Counted from the stretch's first letter, positions 1 through 8,979 are shown. The stretch: 64,000 bases of DNA from Acidimicrobiales bacterium (GCA_965208785.1 OZ242356.1:114202-178201); one strand, 5' to 3'. Numbers and translations are program-made. The notes: a model not told the origin generated them from the letters alone.

Positions 1-1
1 G

Positions 2-1318
2 TTCCGCCGCCAGGGGATCACCTTCACGGTGTACGGGGGCGACGAGGGCACCGAGCGCACCTGGCCCATGGACCTGTTCCCCCGGATCATCGACGCCGGC
101 GAGTGGGCCATGCTGGAGCGGGGTCTGATCCAGCGGGTCACCGCCCTCAACCGGTTCCTCGACGACATCTATGCCGGCGAGCAGGCCATCATCGGCGACG
201 GCATCGTGCCCCGCTGGCTGATCACCTCGTGTACCGGCTTTGAGCGCGAGGCGATGAACGTGGCCGTCCCGCTGGGCGCCCGCTGCCTGGTGGCCGGCAT
301 CGACCTGGTGCGAGACGCCGACGGCGGCTACCGGGTGCTGGAGGACAACCTCCGCAATCCCAGCGGCATCTCCTACGTGATCGAGAACCGGGCCGCCATG
401 ACCAAGCTGCTGCCCGCCGCCTTCGCCGACCTGGCCGTTCGCTCGGTGGACCACTACGGGCGCTCCCTGCTGCGGGCGTTGCGCTCCATCGCCCCGCCGG
501 CCTGCGGCGACGAGCCCACGGTGGCGGTGCTCACACCCGGCATCTTCAACTCGGCCTACTTCGAGCACGCCTTTTTGGCCCGCAGCATGGGCGTGGAGCT
601 GGTGGAGGGGCGCGACCTGGTGGTGGACGACCATGTGGTGGCCATGCGCACCACTCGGGGCTTGGAGCGGGTGGACGTGATCTACCGCCGCATCGACGAC
701 GCCTTCTTGGACCCGGTGGTGTTCAACCCCCACTCGACCCTGGGAGTGCCGGGGCTTATGGCCGCGGCCCGGGCGGGAACGGTGTCGATCGCCAACTCGG
801 TGGGCAACGGGGTGGGCGACGACAAGGCGGTTTACGCCTACGCTCCCGACATGGTCCGCTACTACCTGGGCGAGGAGCCGATCATCCCCAACGCCGACAC
901 CTACCTGCTGTGGGAGGAGGACCAGCGGGCCGAGGTGCTCGACCGGATCGACCAGCTTGTGGTGAAGCCGGTGGCCGAATCGGGGGGCTACGGCATCGTG
1001 ATCGGCCCCACCGCCACCGACGCCGAGCTGGCCGAGGCCCGAGCCAAGATCCTCGCCGATCCCCGCAACTGGATCGCCCAGGAGGTGGTACACCTGTCGC
1101 GGCTGCCGGCGTGGAGCGGCGAGGGCTTCGCCCCCCGCCACATCGACCTGCGCCCCTTCGTGCTGAGCGGCGAGCAGGTGGAGGTTATCCCCGGCGGGCT
1201 CACCCGAGTGGCCCTGCGGGAGGGATCGCTCATCGTCAACAGCTCCCAGGGCGGCGGATCCAAGGACACCTGGGTGCTGGGCGATTCCGACCAACTCGAC
1301 CAGGCGGCCCCAAGCTAA
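2..1318 (+). CDS. circularly permuted type-2 ATP-grasp protein (5' end outside window)
   Basis: ORF 29..1318, but the frame stays open back to base 2 (FRRQGITFTVYGGDEG...). Sequence is typical of the ATP-grasp member of the ATP-grasp/alpha-E/transglutaminase triad. Stop TAA 1316-1318. Confidence 0.85.
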   Translation, partial: FRRQGITFTVYGGDEGTERTWPMDLFPRIIDAGEWAMLERGLIQRVTALNRFLDDIYAGEQAIIGDGIVPRWLITSCTGFEREAMNVAVPLGARCLVAGIDLVRDADGGYRVLEDNLRNPSGISYVIENRAAMTKLLPAAFADLAVRSVDHYGRSLLRALRSIAPPACGDEPTVAVLTPGIFNSAYFEHAFLARSMGVELVEGRDLVVDDHVVAMRTTRGLERVDVIYRRIDDAFLDPVVFNPHSTLGVPGLMAAARAGTVSIANSVGNGVGDDKAVYAYAPDMVRYYLGEEPIIPNADTYLLWEEDQRAEVLDRIDQLVVKPVAESGGYGIVIGPTATDAELAEARAKILADPRNWIAQEVVHLSRLPAWSGEGFAPRHIDLRPFVLSGEQVEVIPGGLTRVALREGSLIVNSSQGGGSKDTWVLGDSDQLDQAAPS

Positions 1319-1416
1319 TGCTGGCCCGACATGCAAGCGAACCAGGACACCCGAGCTGATGCTGGCCCGACATGCAAGCGAACCAGGACACCCGAGCTGA
1401 TGCTGGCCCGACATGC
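1318..1416 (+). repeat. 41-bp tandem repeat (2 full copies + 17-nt partial) at the ATP-grasp/alpha-E junction
   Basis: ATGCTGGCCCGACATGCAAGCGAACCAGGACACCCGAGCTG at 1318-1358 and 1359-1399. The first 17 nt recur at 1400-1416. Read directly. Confidence 0.95.
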
Positions 1417-2419
1417 TGAGGACATGTTCTGGGCCGGGCGCTATCTGGAGCGGGCCGAGGACACCGCCCGGATGGTGCGGGCCACCCTGCTCAGCACCGT
1501 GGCCGAGAGCCCGGCCCAGGCCATCGACCGAATGCAGAACCTGATCCGCACCCTGCGGCTGAAAATGCCCACACCCTCCGAGGATGTGCAGACCATGGCC
1601 CAGAGCCTGGCGCCGTCACCGCCGATGCTGCGCAGCGAAGCCGGGCTGGGCATCGACGTGCAAGCCGCGGCCTCGGCCTTGGTGGCCTCGCCCACATTGG
1701 CCGGATCGGTGGTGTTCTGCATCGGCCGGGCCCGGGAGAACTTCCGCTCCTTGCGAGACCAGATCCCGTCGGAACTGTGGGAGCAGGTCAACCAGGCCCA
1801 CTTGCGGCTCCGACAGGAAGACTTCGCCGTCACGATGGAGCAAGACCCGTTCCAAACCCTCGACTTCATCCGGGTGAGCTGCCAGTCGCTCACGGGGGTT
1901 ATCAGCACCTCCATGTCCCAGGGGGAGGGCTACCGGTTTCTGGTGCTGGGCCAGACGCTGGAGCGGGCGTTGATGACCTGCCGGCTGATCAGCGTCCGCT
2001 ACCCCGAGCTCGACGGGTCGTCCTACGACGAGATGGCGCTCACTTTGCGGTCGGTCTCGGCGTTGGAGGCTTATCAGCGAGCTAGCCAGTCGTCGCCGGT
2101 GGGCTCGGACGTGGCCCGGTTCCTGCTGTTGGACGGCTCATTTCCCCGATCGGTGCTCTATTGCCTGCGAGCCAGCGAAGACCACGTCGAAGCGTTGGCC
2201 GCCAACGGTCGGCCCCCGCCTCTCCGACGTTTGGGCCAGCTCCGCTCCGAGCTGGAGTACGCTGACTTCGACACCATGGTGGCCGACCTGCCCCATCATC
2301 TGTCCACTCTGGAAGACGGGGTGCGGGATGTGGCCATTCTGGTGGGCAACCACTTCTTCCGCAACGCCGAGTCTTTCGATCTTCACAGCCAGGCCATCAT
2401 GCCGGGGGTGTCGTCGTGA
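1400..2419 (+). CDS. alpha-E domain-containing protein
   Basis: MLARHAEDMFWAGRYLERAEDTARMV matches the canonical alpha-E N-terminus. The ORF-track start at 1331 would add 23 aa made only of repeat sequence. Confidence 0.85.
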   Translation: MLARHAEDMFWAGRYLERAEDTARMVRATLLSTVAESPAQAIDRMQNLIRTLRLKMPTPSEDVQTMAQSLAPSPPMLRSEAGLGIDVQAAASALVASPTLAGSVVFCIGRARENFRSLRDQIPSELWEQVNQAHLRLRQEDFAVTMEQDPFQTLDFIRVSCQSLTGVISTSMSQGEGYRFLVLGQTLERALMTCRLISVRYPELDGSSYDEMALTLRSVSALEAYQRASQSSPVGSDVARFLLLDGSFPRSVLYCLRASEDHVEALAANGRPPPLRRLGQLRSELEYADFDTMVADLPHHLSTLEDGVRDVAILVGNHFFRNAESFDLHSQAIMPGVSS

Positions 2420-2474
2420 GCACCGCATCGACTGGCTCCCCGTATTGCCGAACGCTCAGCCCCGGAGCCCCGTC

Positions 2475-3419
2475 GTGAAACTCGACATCTGCTATCGCAC
2501 AAGGTTCGCGTTCGACGCCCCGGCGCGCGAGTCGCAGAACGAGATGCGGGCCTGCCCGGTCACCAACGAGCGCCAGCAGCTCCTGGGCTACCGGATCACG
2601 GTGGAGCCGTCGGCGAGAACGCTGTCGTTCACCGACTACTGGGGCACCCGGGTGGACCAGTTCGGGGTCACCGATGCCCACACCGCGCTCGAGGTCACCG
2701 CGGAGGCCTCGGTGGAGACCCAAGACCCGCTGCCGATGTCGTCCGAGGTGCCGTTGGATGCGCTGGACGCTCCTGGATTCCGCCATGGCCACAACGAATA
2801 TCTCATCCGTACCCGCCACACCGGCTGGGACGACGCCATGGCCCGAGAGGGCCGAAGGCTGATCCAGGCCGAATCCACCGTGGTGGGGGCGGCGACGAGC
2901 ATTCACCGGTATGTGGCCAACCGGCTGTCGTATCAGCCCGGCGCCACCGAGATCGGCGAGTCGATCACCGACATCGTTGCCAAAGGGGTGGGCGTCTGCC
3001 AGGACTACGCCCACCTGGCCGTGGCCCTGTGCCGAAGCGTCGGCATCCCGGCCCGCTATGTGTCGGGCTACCTGTTTTCCAGCGACGACCGCACCGGCAG
3101 CATCGACGGCGACCTGGTGAGGGTGCAGACCCACGCCTGGTTCGAGGCGGCCATTCCCGGCGCGGGCTGGCTGCCGCTCGACCCCACCAACCAACTGGCG
3201 GTGGGCCGCCAGCACGTCAAGATCGGCCACGGGCGAGACTACGACGACGTCCCGCCTCTGCGGGGGGTGTATTCCGGCCCGGGCCGCCCAGAAGTGGATG
3301 CGTCGGTGGAGATCCGCCGAATGGACCCCTCGCGCCAGCCCTCAACCCTCATGCGGCCCTCGCTGCTGGCCTCAGTCAAGGCCCCCCGCACCCGACAACA
3401 GCAGCAGCAACAGCAGTGA
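2475..3419 (+). CDS. transglutaminase-like family protein
   Basis: N-terminus VKLDICYRTRFAFD. Cys-His-Asp core present (GVCQDYAHL, THAWFE, LDPTN). GTG 2475 chosen by family N-terminus and is in frame with ORF 2328..3419. Ends in a run of 7 Gln. Confidence 0.85.
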   Translation: MKLDICYRTRFAFDAPARESQNEMRACPVTNERQQLLGYRITVEPSARTLSFTDYWGTRVDQFGVTDAHTALEVTAEASVETQDPLPMSSEVPLDALDAPGFRHGHNEYLIRTRHTGWDDAMAREGRRLIQAESTVVGAATSIHRYVANRLSYQPGATEIGESITDIVAKGVGVCQDYAHLAVALCRSVGIPARYVSGYLFSSDDRTGSIDGDLVRVQTHAWFEAAIPGAGWLPLDPTNQLAVGRQHVKIGHGRDYDDVPPLRGVYSGPGRPEVDASVEIRRMDPSRQPSTLMRPSLLASVKAPRTRQQQQQQQ

Positions 3420-3432
3420 GAACCGGGCCCCG

Positions 3433-4308
3433 CTAAATGCGGGCCTCGCGCACGTCGAGGCGGCGGAGCATCTCGTCGCCCACGAAGTTCAGCGCCATGA
3501 GGGTGACGAACATCACCCCGCCGGTGATAAGGGCGATGTGGGGGGCATCCTCCAGCCTTCCCTTGCCGGCCGACAAGATGTTGCCCCAGGTGATGCTGGG
3601 CGAGCCCACGCTCACCCCGATGAACGACAGGCTCCCCTCGGCGATGATCACGATTCCCATGGCCAAAAAGGCGATCGAGGCCAAGGCCGGCACCACATTG
3701 GGCAGCACTTCCCGGAACAGCAAGCGGGGCCATTTGGCCCCCATCATGTCGGCCACGGTCACGAACTCCCGAGCGGCGAACCGCAGTGCCTGGGCCCGGG
3801 CGATGCGGGCGATGGCCGGGATGGTCAAGATGGTCACCGCGATGGTCACGTTCAGGTAGCTCTGGCCCAGCATGGTCACGATGAACAGGGCGAACACCAG
3901 TGCGGGAAGGGCCAGCGCCACGTTCACCACGCTGCTGATTCCGAGGTCGATCCACTTGCCGAAGTAGCCGGCCACCACTCCCAGCACACCGCCCACCACG
4001 ATCCCGATGCCCACCGCCGGGCCGGCGATCGACAGCGACAGCCGTCCGCCCCACACCGAGCGGGCGAACATGTCGCGGCCAAGCTGATCGGTGCCGAACC
4101 AGTTCGACCATGACGGCCCCTCTTCTGGCGGCCCGGACAGCGGCTTGTGGGGGTCGTCCAAGAATCCCAGCCACGGGGCCAGCACGGCGCTGGCCACCAC
4201 CAGAATCAACCACCCCACCGACACCCACAGGGCGACGTTGTGGCGGCGTTGCCGGGGGGCGATGTCGGGCTGGGCGCCCGTAACGGCTGTGGTGGTGACA
4301 TCGGTCAT
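3433..4308 (-). CDS. ABC transporter permease, peptide/nickel (DppC/OppC-like)
   Basis: 291-aa multi-TM protein with family-typical sequence. ATGA overlap with the upstream permease. Confidence 0.9.
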   Translation of the reverse strand: MTDVTTTAVTGAQPDIAPRQRRHNVALWVSVGWLILVVASAVLAPWLGFLDDPHKPLSGPPEEGPSWSNWFGTDQLGRDMFARSVWGGRLSLSIAGPAVGIGIVVGGVLGVVAGYFGKWIDLGISSVVNVALALPALVFALFIVTMLGQSYLNVTIAVTILTIPAIARIARAQALRFAAREFVTVADMMGAKWPRLLFREVLPNVVPALASIAFLAMGIVIIAEGSLSFIGVSVGSPSITWGNILSAGKGRLEDAPHIALITGGVMFVTLMALNFVGDEMLRRLDVREARI

Positions 4309-5249
4309 TTTCGCCGCACCCGGGGGTCGAGCACCGAGTAGAGAAGGTCGACCATCGTGGTCACCGTCACAAAGACCGCGGCGATCAGCGCCACCAGGGT
4401 TTGCACCAGCAGGAACTCCCGGGCCGCCACCCAGCTCACCAGCAGCGAGCCCACGCCGTCGAGATCAAACAAGAACTCCACCACGATGGCGCCGTTCACC
4501 GCTTGGGCGGCCTGGATTCCGAAGATGGTCAGCAGCGTGAAGCTAGACGGGCGCAGCACATGGCGGATGAGCACATGGCGAACCGGCAGGCCTTTGGCCC
4601 GGGCAGTGCCCACAAAATCTTCCTGCAAGGTGCCGATCACGTCGGTGCGCAGCAGTCGCAGATAAACGGGCAGCAGACCGGCGGCCAGCGTTACCGAAGG
4701 AAGGAACATCACCTTGAAATGGGCTACCAGCCCTTCGGAGATCGGCTGGTAGCCGCTCAAGTCGAACCAGTCGAGCCTCACCGCGAACACCAAAATCAGC
4801 ACCAGCCCGAGCACGAACACCGGGATGGACAAGAGCGCGAACGCCCCTCCGCTGGCGATCTTGTCGCTCACGCTGTTCTGCTTGTATCCCGACCACAGCC
4901 CAAGGGGAATGGCCGCGCCCAAAGCCAGGAACTGGGAGTAGACCAAAAGGAGCAGGGTTCGGGGCAGTGCGGTGTTTAGGGCCTCGCCGAACGAGCGCCC
5001 GGTGAGGTACGACTTGCCGAAGTCGCCGGTGAGCACGTCGCCGCCCCACTTGGCCCACTGCACGATGACCGGGTCGCCGAGGTTGCGGTCCCGCTCGCAT
5101 TCGGCAATCTGCTCCTCGGTGGCCGCCCCGCCGAACGCGGCCACGCACGGGTTGCCGGGGAGCAGGTTCAGCATCCAGTAGAACAGCAGCGTTACGGCCA
5201 GCACCACCAGGGCAAGCTGGGCCAAGCGCGTTCCGAAGAACCGGAGCAC
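4305..5249 (-). CDS. ABC transporter permease, peptide/nickel (DppB/OppB-like)
   Basis: 314-aa protein starting MLRFFGTRLAQLALVVL, typical of DppB/OppB family. Confidence 0.9.
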   Translation of the reverse strand: MLRFFGTRLAQLALVVLAVTLLFYWMLNLLPGNPCVAAFGGAATEEQIAECERDRNLGDPVIVQWAKWGGDVLTGDFGKSYLTGRSFGEALNTALPRTLLLLVYSQFLALGAAIPLGLWSGYKQNSVSDKIASGGAFALLSIPVFVLGLVLILVFAVRLDWFDLSGYQPISEGLVAHFKVMFLPSVTLAAGLLPVYLRLLRTDVIGTLQEDFVGTARAKGLPVRHVLIRHVLRPSSFTLLTIFGIQAAQAVNGAIVVEFLFDLDGVGSLLVSWVAAREFLLVQTLVALIAAVFVTVTTMVDLLYSVLDPRVRRK

Positions 5250-5301
5250 TGGCCTCTCCTGCCCCTGGCCTTTTGGCGCCCCTCTTCGCCGAGGCCGGCC
5301 G

Positions 5302-7110
5302 CTACTGCTCGATCCAGGTCTCGGTCAAGAACACCCTGCCGCTGAACACCCTCTCGTGCCGCGCTCCGTCGGCAAGAGTGAGGTTGTCAACCCCATGCAC
5401 ATGGTCGTGGGTGGCAAAAAGCCAGTTGGAGTTGTAGAACCAGATGTAGTGGGCGCTCTCGCCGAACGCCCGGTTGATGTCCTCGGCCAGCTCTCTTTGC
5501 CGATCGGGGTCTGTGGTGGTCAGAACTTCGTCGAGTGCGGCGTCAATCGCCGGGTTGTTGATGCGGCCGAAGTTCAGTGCGATTCCCCGGCCGAACTTGC
5601 TGTGCCACCAAACCCGCTCGGCGGCCACGCCGAAGCCCTCGTGCTGGCGCCACAGGAAAGCGGTGAAGTTGCCGAACACCGCGTTGGTGATCAACTCGGC
5701 CTGGTCTACCTGGGTGATGTTCACGTCGAGCCCGCATTCACCCCACATGGTGGCAATCAACTCGGTGCTGAGGAGGTTGGCCGGGTCGTTGGTGGTGCCC
5801 AAATCCACGTTGGTTACGCCCAAGCGGGCAATGGTGGCGCGACCGGCGCCGGGGTCGTAAGCCGGGAATCCGGTGTCGTCCAGATAACCGGGCGTGCCGG
5901 GCGAGAACGGGCCATCGTCCGGAGCCTGTCCATCCCAGCGAAGGGTGCTGTAGGTCTGTCGGTCGGTGCATTGGGCCAGCGCCCGGCGGAACTCCACGTT
6001 GTCGAACGGGGGTCGGGAGTTGTTCAACAACAGGTAGGTGGTTTCAGCGTAGCGATCTTCCTGCCAGAAGGTCTTGAACTCCTCGTTGTAGTCGTCGACT
6101 CTGAGCCCTTCGTTCACACTGCTGGCATCGAGGTCGCCCGACCGAAGCGCGGCATACCGGGCATCGGTATCGGGGATGGGCCGGAAATCAATGCCATCGA
6201 GGTAGGGAAGCTGGCGTCCTTCGGCGTCGGTGCGCCAGTAGTTGGGGTTGCGCACCATCCGGGTTACCTCGTTGTCAATCCACTCGTCCAGCATGAACGG
6301 GCCGGTGCCAATGGGGTTGCGTGCCGCGCCCTCGGCGCCCAAGTCGTGCATCGACGGTGCCCCGAAATAGCCGATATGACTAGTCAAGAGACTGGGCAAG
6401 GCGGCATACGGTCTTCCGAACACCATCTTTATGGACACATCGTCCAAAACCTCGATTGCCTGGAGCTCCCAGTCGCTGACAAAGATGCCGGTGAGAGTGC
6501 CTTTGGCCTGCTCCTCGAAGTGCCGCTTCAGCGCGGCTGCGTCGGCTGGCGACCCGTCGTGGAACTGGAGTCCTGGACGCAGGGTCAGAGTCCACTCGGT
6601 GAAGTCGTCGTTGGAGGTGAAGCTCTCCAGCAGGTTGGGGACTATCCGGCCGTCGTCACCCTCAACGGTCAGGGTGTCGTACAGGGCGCGGAACAGGATG
6701 TGGCCCGACACCGCAGCCTGGGCATTCACCGGGTTCAGGCCGTTGGTGGTCTCGGCTTCCAGCCCCACCACCAGGGTGCCCCCGTACTGGGGCTCCGGCG
6801 CGGCGGGTGGCGCCTCGGTGGCCACCGTCTCGGGCGCCGAGGCGTCCTCTGAAGTGCCCTCGCCTTGCTCGCCGCTACCATCGGTGCTGGGTTGGGCCTC
6901 GCCGTCGCCGTCGCCGCTGGGGGCAGAAGCATCATCTCCGCCCCCCCCCGAGGGCGCCTCGGGTGCGGCGGTCGCCTCAGCCGCCAAACCGCTGCCCCCG
7001 TCATCGTCGTCGTTGTTGCCTCCGCAGGCCGATGCCACCAGCACCAGCGCGCACAGCAGAGCCAGCCACCGCCGCCGAGCTAGCTTCGAGGCCCGACAAG
7101 AATCAGCCAT
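5302..7110 (-). CDS. ABC transporter substrate-binding lipoprotein, family 5 (peptide/nickel)
   Basis: Signal peptide plus lipobox LVASAC, then a long acidic Gly/Asp/Glu/Pro linker, then an SBP-5 body. Confidence 0.9.
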   Translation of the reverse strand: MADSCRASKLARRRWLALLCALVLVASACGGNNDDDDGGSGLAAEATAAPEAPSGGGGDDASAPSGDGDGEAQPSTDGSGEQGEGTSEDASAPETVATEAPPAAPEPQYGGTLVVGLEAETTNGLNPVNAQAAVSGHILFRALYDTLTVEGDDGRIVPNLLESFTSNDDFTEWTLTLRPGLQFHDGSPADAAALKRHFEEQAKGTLTGIFVSDWELQAIEVLDDVSIKMVFGRPYAALPSLLTSHIGYFGAPSMHDLGAEGAARNPIGTGPFMLDEWIDNEVTRMVRNPNYWRTDAEGRQLPYLDGIDFRPIPDTDARYAALRSGDLDASSVNEGLRVDDYNEEFKTFWQEDRYAETTYLLLNNSRPPFDNVEFRRALAQCTDRQTYSTLRWDGQAPDDGPFSPGTPGYLDDTGFPAYDPGAGRATIARLGVTNVDLGTTNDPANLLSTELIATMWGECGLDVNITQVDQAELITNAVFGNFTAFLWRQHEGFGVAAERVWWHSKFGRGIALNFGRINNPAIDAALDEVLTTTDPDRQRELAEDINRAFGESAHYIWFYNSNWLFATHDHVHGVDNLTLADGARHERVFSGRVFLTETWIEQ

Positions 7111-7229
7111 GACACGATCCCCCCCATGTTCGTAGTTGTCGTCACGTTACTCCAGGCGGCAGATGCCTGCTCCCCGGCTCTCGCCCAGCCAAGCCGCCGC
7201 CAAGAAGGCCCGGCCCAAGAAGACCTCGG

Positions 7230-7304
7230 GGTGCTCTCCTCCCTCGGGGAGCGCGAGGTTGCTGTACCCGCTGTGGTTGACGGCCACGAGAGCGATCGAG
7301 CACC
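7230..7304 (-). promoter_or_regulatory. candidate structured RNA element (three hairpins closed by a 7-bp helix)
   Basis: GGTGCTC 7230-7236 pairs with GAGCACC 7298-7304. Enclosed hairpins at 7239-7251, 7253-7271 (imperfect) and 7272-7288. Lies between the stop of gene 7328..8320 and the SBP start. No riboswitch class recognised. Confidence 0.25.
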
Positions 7305-7327
7305 GAGAAACCTCCCGTCGCAAACGG

Positions 7328-8320
7328 TCAGAAGCGCAGTTCAGGCAACAGATAGGTGTTTCTTATCCGCTCCCCAAACTCAGGACTAGACAATGCGTCA
7401 GGCCCGTCAGGCACGACGACGCCCCGGCGGGCGCAGTCCTCGGCCATCGTGGCGATCAGGGTGGGCTCGTCGAGATCGTCCAAATGCTGGTCGTAAACCT
7501 CAGCCTCTCCTGCATCGTCAAACACGAAGGCCTTCCAGGAAAGCGACACCCGCACCTCGTCGAAACCATGGCGCACCGGTTCGCGGCCGGGCTCCTCGAT
7601 GATCCACTGGCGATCGGGGGTCAGCGTGATGGCGGCTTCAAAGCCGTACTTGGCGTAGTCGGCCTCGGCGCCGATCGACTCCACCCGGTGGGGCATGTGG
7701 TCGTTGTCGCCCATCACGCCGTAGTTGTAGGGCGGCTTCACCGTCACCATGTCGCCGTCCCACCCCTCGGGCCAGTAGGTGAACTCCCCTCCCGCGCCCA
7801 GGTAGTACCAGCACACCGCGGTGGCGATCCGCACCCGCCAGCGGTCGAAACACCCAGAGTGCATCATGCAGTTGAGCAGCCAGGTGGGGTATTCGTCCCG
7901 GCCCACCCCCCGAAAGGAGGGTATGTCGGTGTGGCGGGCGTACTGGCCGCTGGGGGCGTTGATGTTCACATAGGTGAAATAGGGCCGCACCACCTCGGCG
8001 CCGTAGAGCTGGCGGGCGGCCTCGATGAACCGGGGGTTGTTGACGATGGTGTCGGCCCCCTCCACGGCCTGTTCCTCGGCCCCCCACGTCGTGCGGTAGA
8101 CCGGCGGCACCCGGGGCTCGCCGTCGACCACGTCGACGAACGACGGCACGTCGCCGGTGCGGGCCCCGGCTCGCAGCGCGGCCCGGCTCTCCATGAACTC
8201 TGCGCCGGCCAGCGTCAGCGGATGGGGCGACTGGCGCTGCAAGATGCCCAGCAGCACATCGGGATCCTCCAGGGCCTGTTGCATGATGACCGGCGGTCGG
8301 GGCAGCGTCGTGGTGCGCAT
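7328..8320 (-). CDS. hypothetical protein, possible cupin / Fe(II)-2OG-oxygenase-like
   Basis: Protein-like 330-aa ORF with an H-x-D (ARHTDIPSF) and a later His (DHMPHRVE). Start ATG 8320 preferred over 8416. No family recognised. Confidence 0.6.
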   Translation of the reverse strand: MRTTTLPRPPVIMQQALEDPDVLLGILQRQSPHPLTLAGAEFMESRAALRAGARTGDVPSFVDVVDGEPRVPPVYRTTWGAEEQAVEGADTIVNNPRFIEAARQLYGAEVVRPYFTYVNINAPSGQYARHTDIPSFRGVGRDEYPTWLLNCMMHSGCFDRWRVRIATAVCWYYLGAGGEFTYWPEGWDGDMVTVKPPYNYGVMGDNDHMPHRVESIGAEADYAKYGFEAAITLTPDRQWIIEEPGREPVRHGFDEVRVSLSWKAFVFDDAGEAEVYDQHLDDLDEPTLIATMAEDCARRGVVVPDGPDALSSPEFGERIRNTYLLPELRF

Positions 8321-8399
8321 CGCCACACAATACGGCACAAGATAGGGTGGATCGGAAGGGCTCGCCCGAGTCGCCCGGAGTCTTCCGCGAGGAGCTTCC

Positions 8400-8939
8400 A
8401 TGGAAACCACCACCATCTTGTTGCCTACTGGCGAGGTGAACGAGCCCGCTCAGCCGCTGGCCATTCGCAAGGACTCGCTGGCCGGCGCGACGGTGGGCAT
8501 CATCGACAATGACATGTGGCGATCGATGGCGATCATGGCCGACGAGCTGTCCCGCCAGTTGGTGGACCGGGCCGGGGCGGCCGGGGTGGTCGTTAGGGCC
8601 AGCGGTCCGATGCACGGCGCCGATCCCGAGCAGTATCAGCAGGAGATGAAGGCATTCCACGCCGAAGCCGACGCGGTGATCAGCGGTTTGGGCAATTGAG
8701 GCTCATGCACGGCGTGGTGTATCCACGCCAGCAGCACGCTGGAAGCCATGGGAACCCCGGCGGTTGGCCTGGTGACCGAGCAGTTCCGGGGCTTGGCCGA
8801 GGCCACCGCCCGGGGCCTGCGGGTGGACAATCAGCCATTGATCGTGTTGCCGTCGGGCTACGACGAGTGGTCTGAGGATGACATCAGGGCCGACATCGCC
8901 TCCCGCCTCGACGACATCGTGGACGCTTTGGTGGCATGA
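8400..8939 (+). CDS. UGSC-motif selenoprotein (TGA 8697-8699 read as selenocysteine)
   Basis: ORFs 8400..8699 and 8748..8939 are in one frame. Read-through gives ...ISGLGN-U-GSCTAWCIHASS.... GAGGAG ribosome-binding site before ATG 8400. Hairpin just downstream of the TGA. Confidence 0.8.
8706..8733 (+). promoter_or_regulatory. SECIS-like hairpin
   Basis: 7-bp perfect stem GGCGTGG (8711-8717) / CCACGCC (8723-8729) with loop UGUAU. A further 3 bp pair at 8706-8708 / 8731-8733. The loop lies about 22 nt from the UGA. Confidence 0.6.
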
Positions 8940-8979
8940 CCCCGCGGGTGGCCATTGCGGGCAGCCGGACAAGGATGAG

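Noticed and set aside
7111-7327. Assignment of the structured region to a known riboswitch class (cobalamin, glycine, c-di-AMP, NiCo).
   Set aside because: The conserved boxes of those classes are not visible. The region is kept only as an unclassified candidate.
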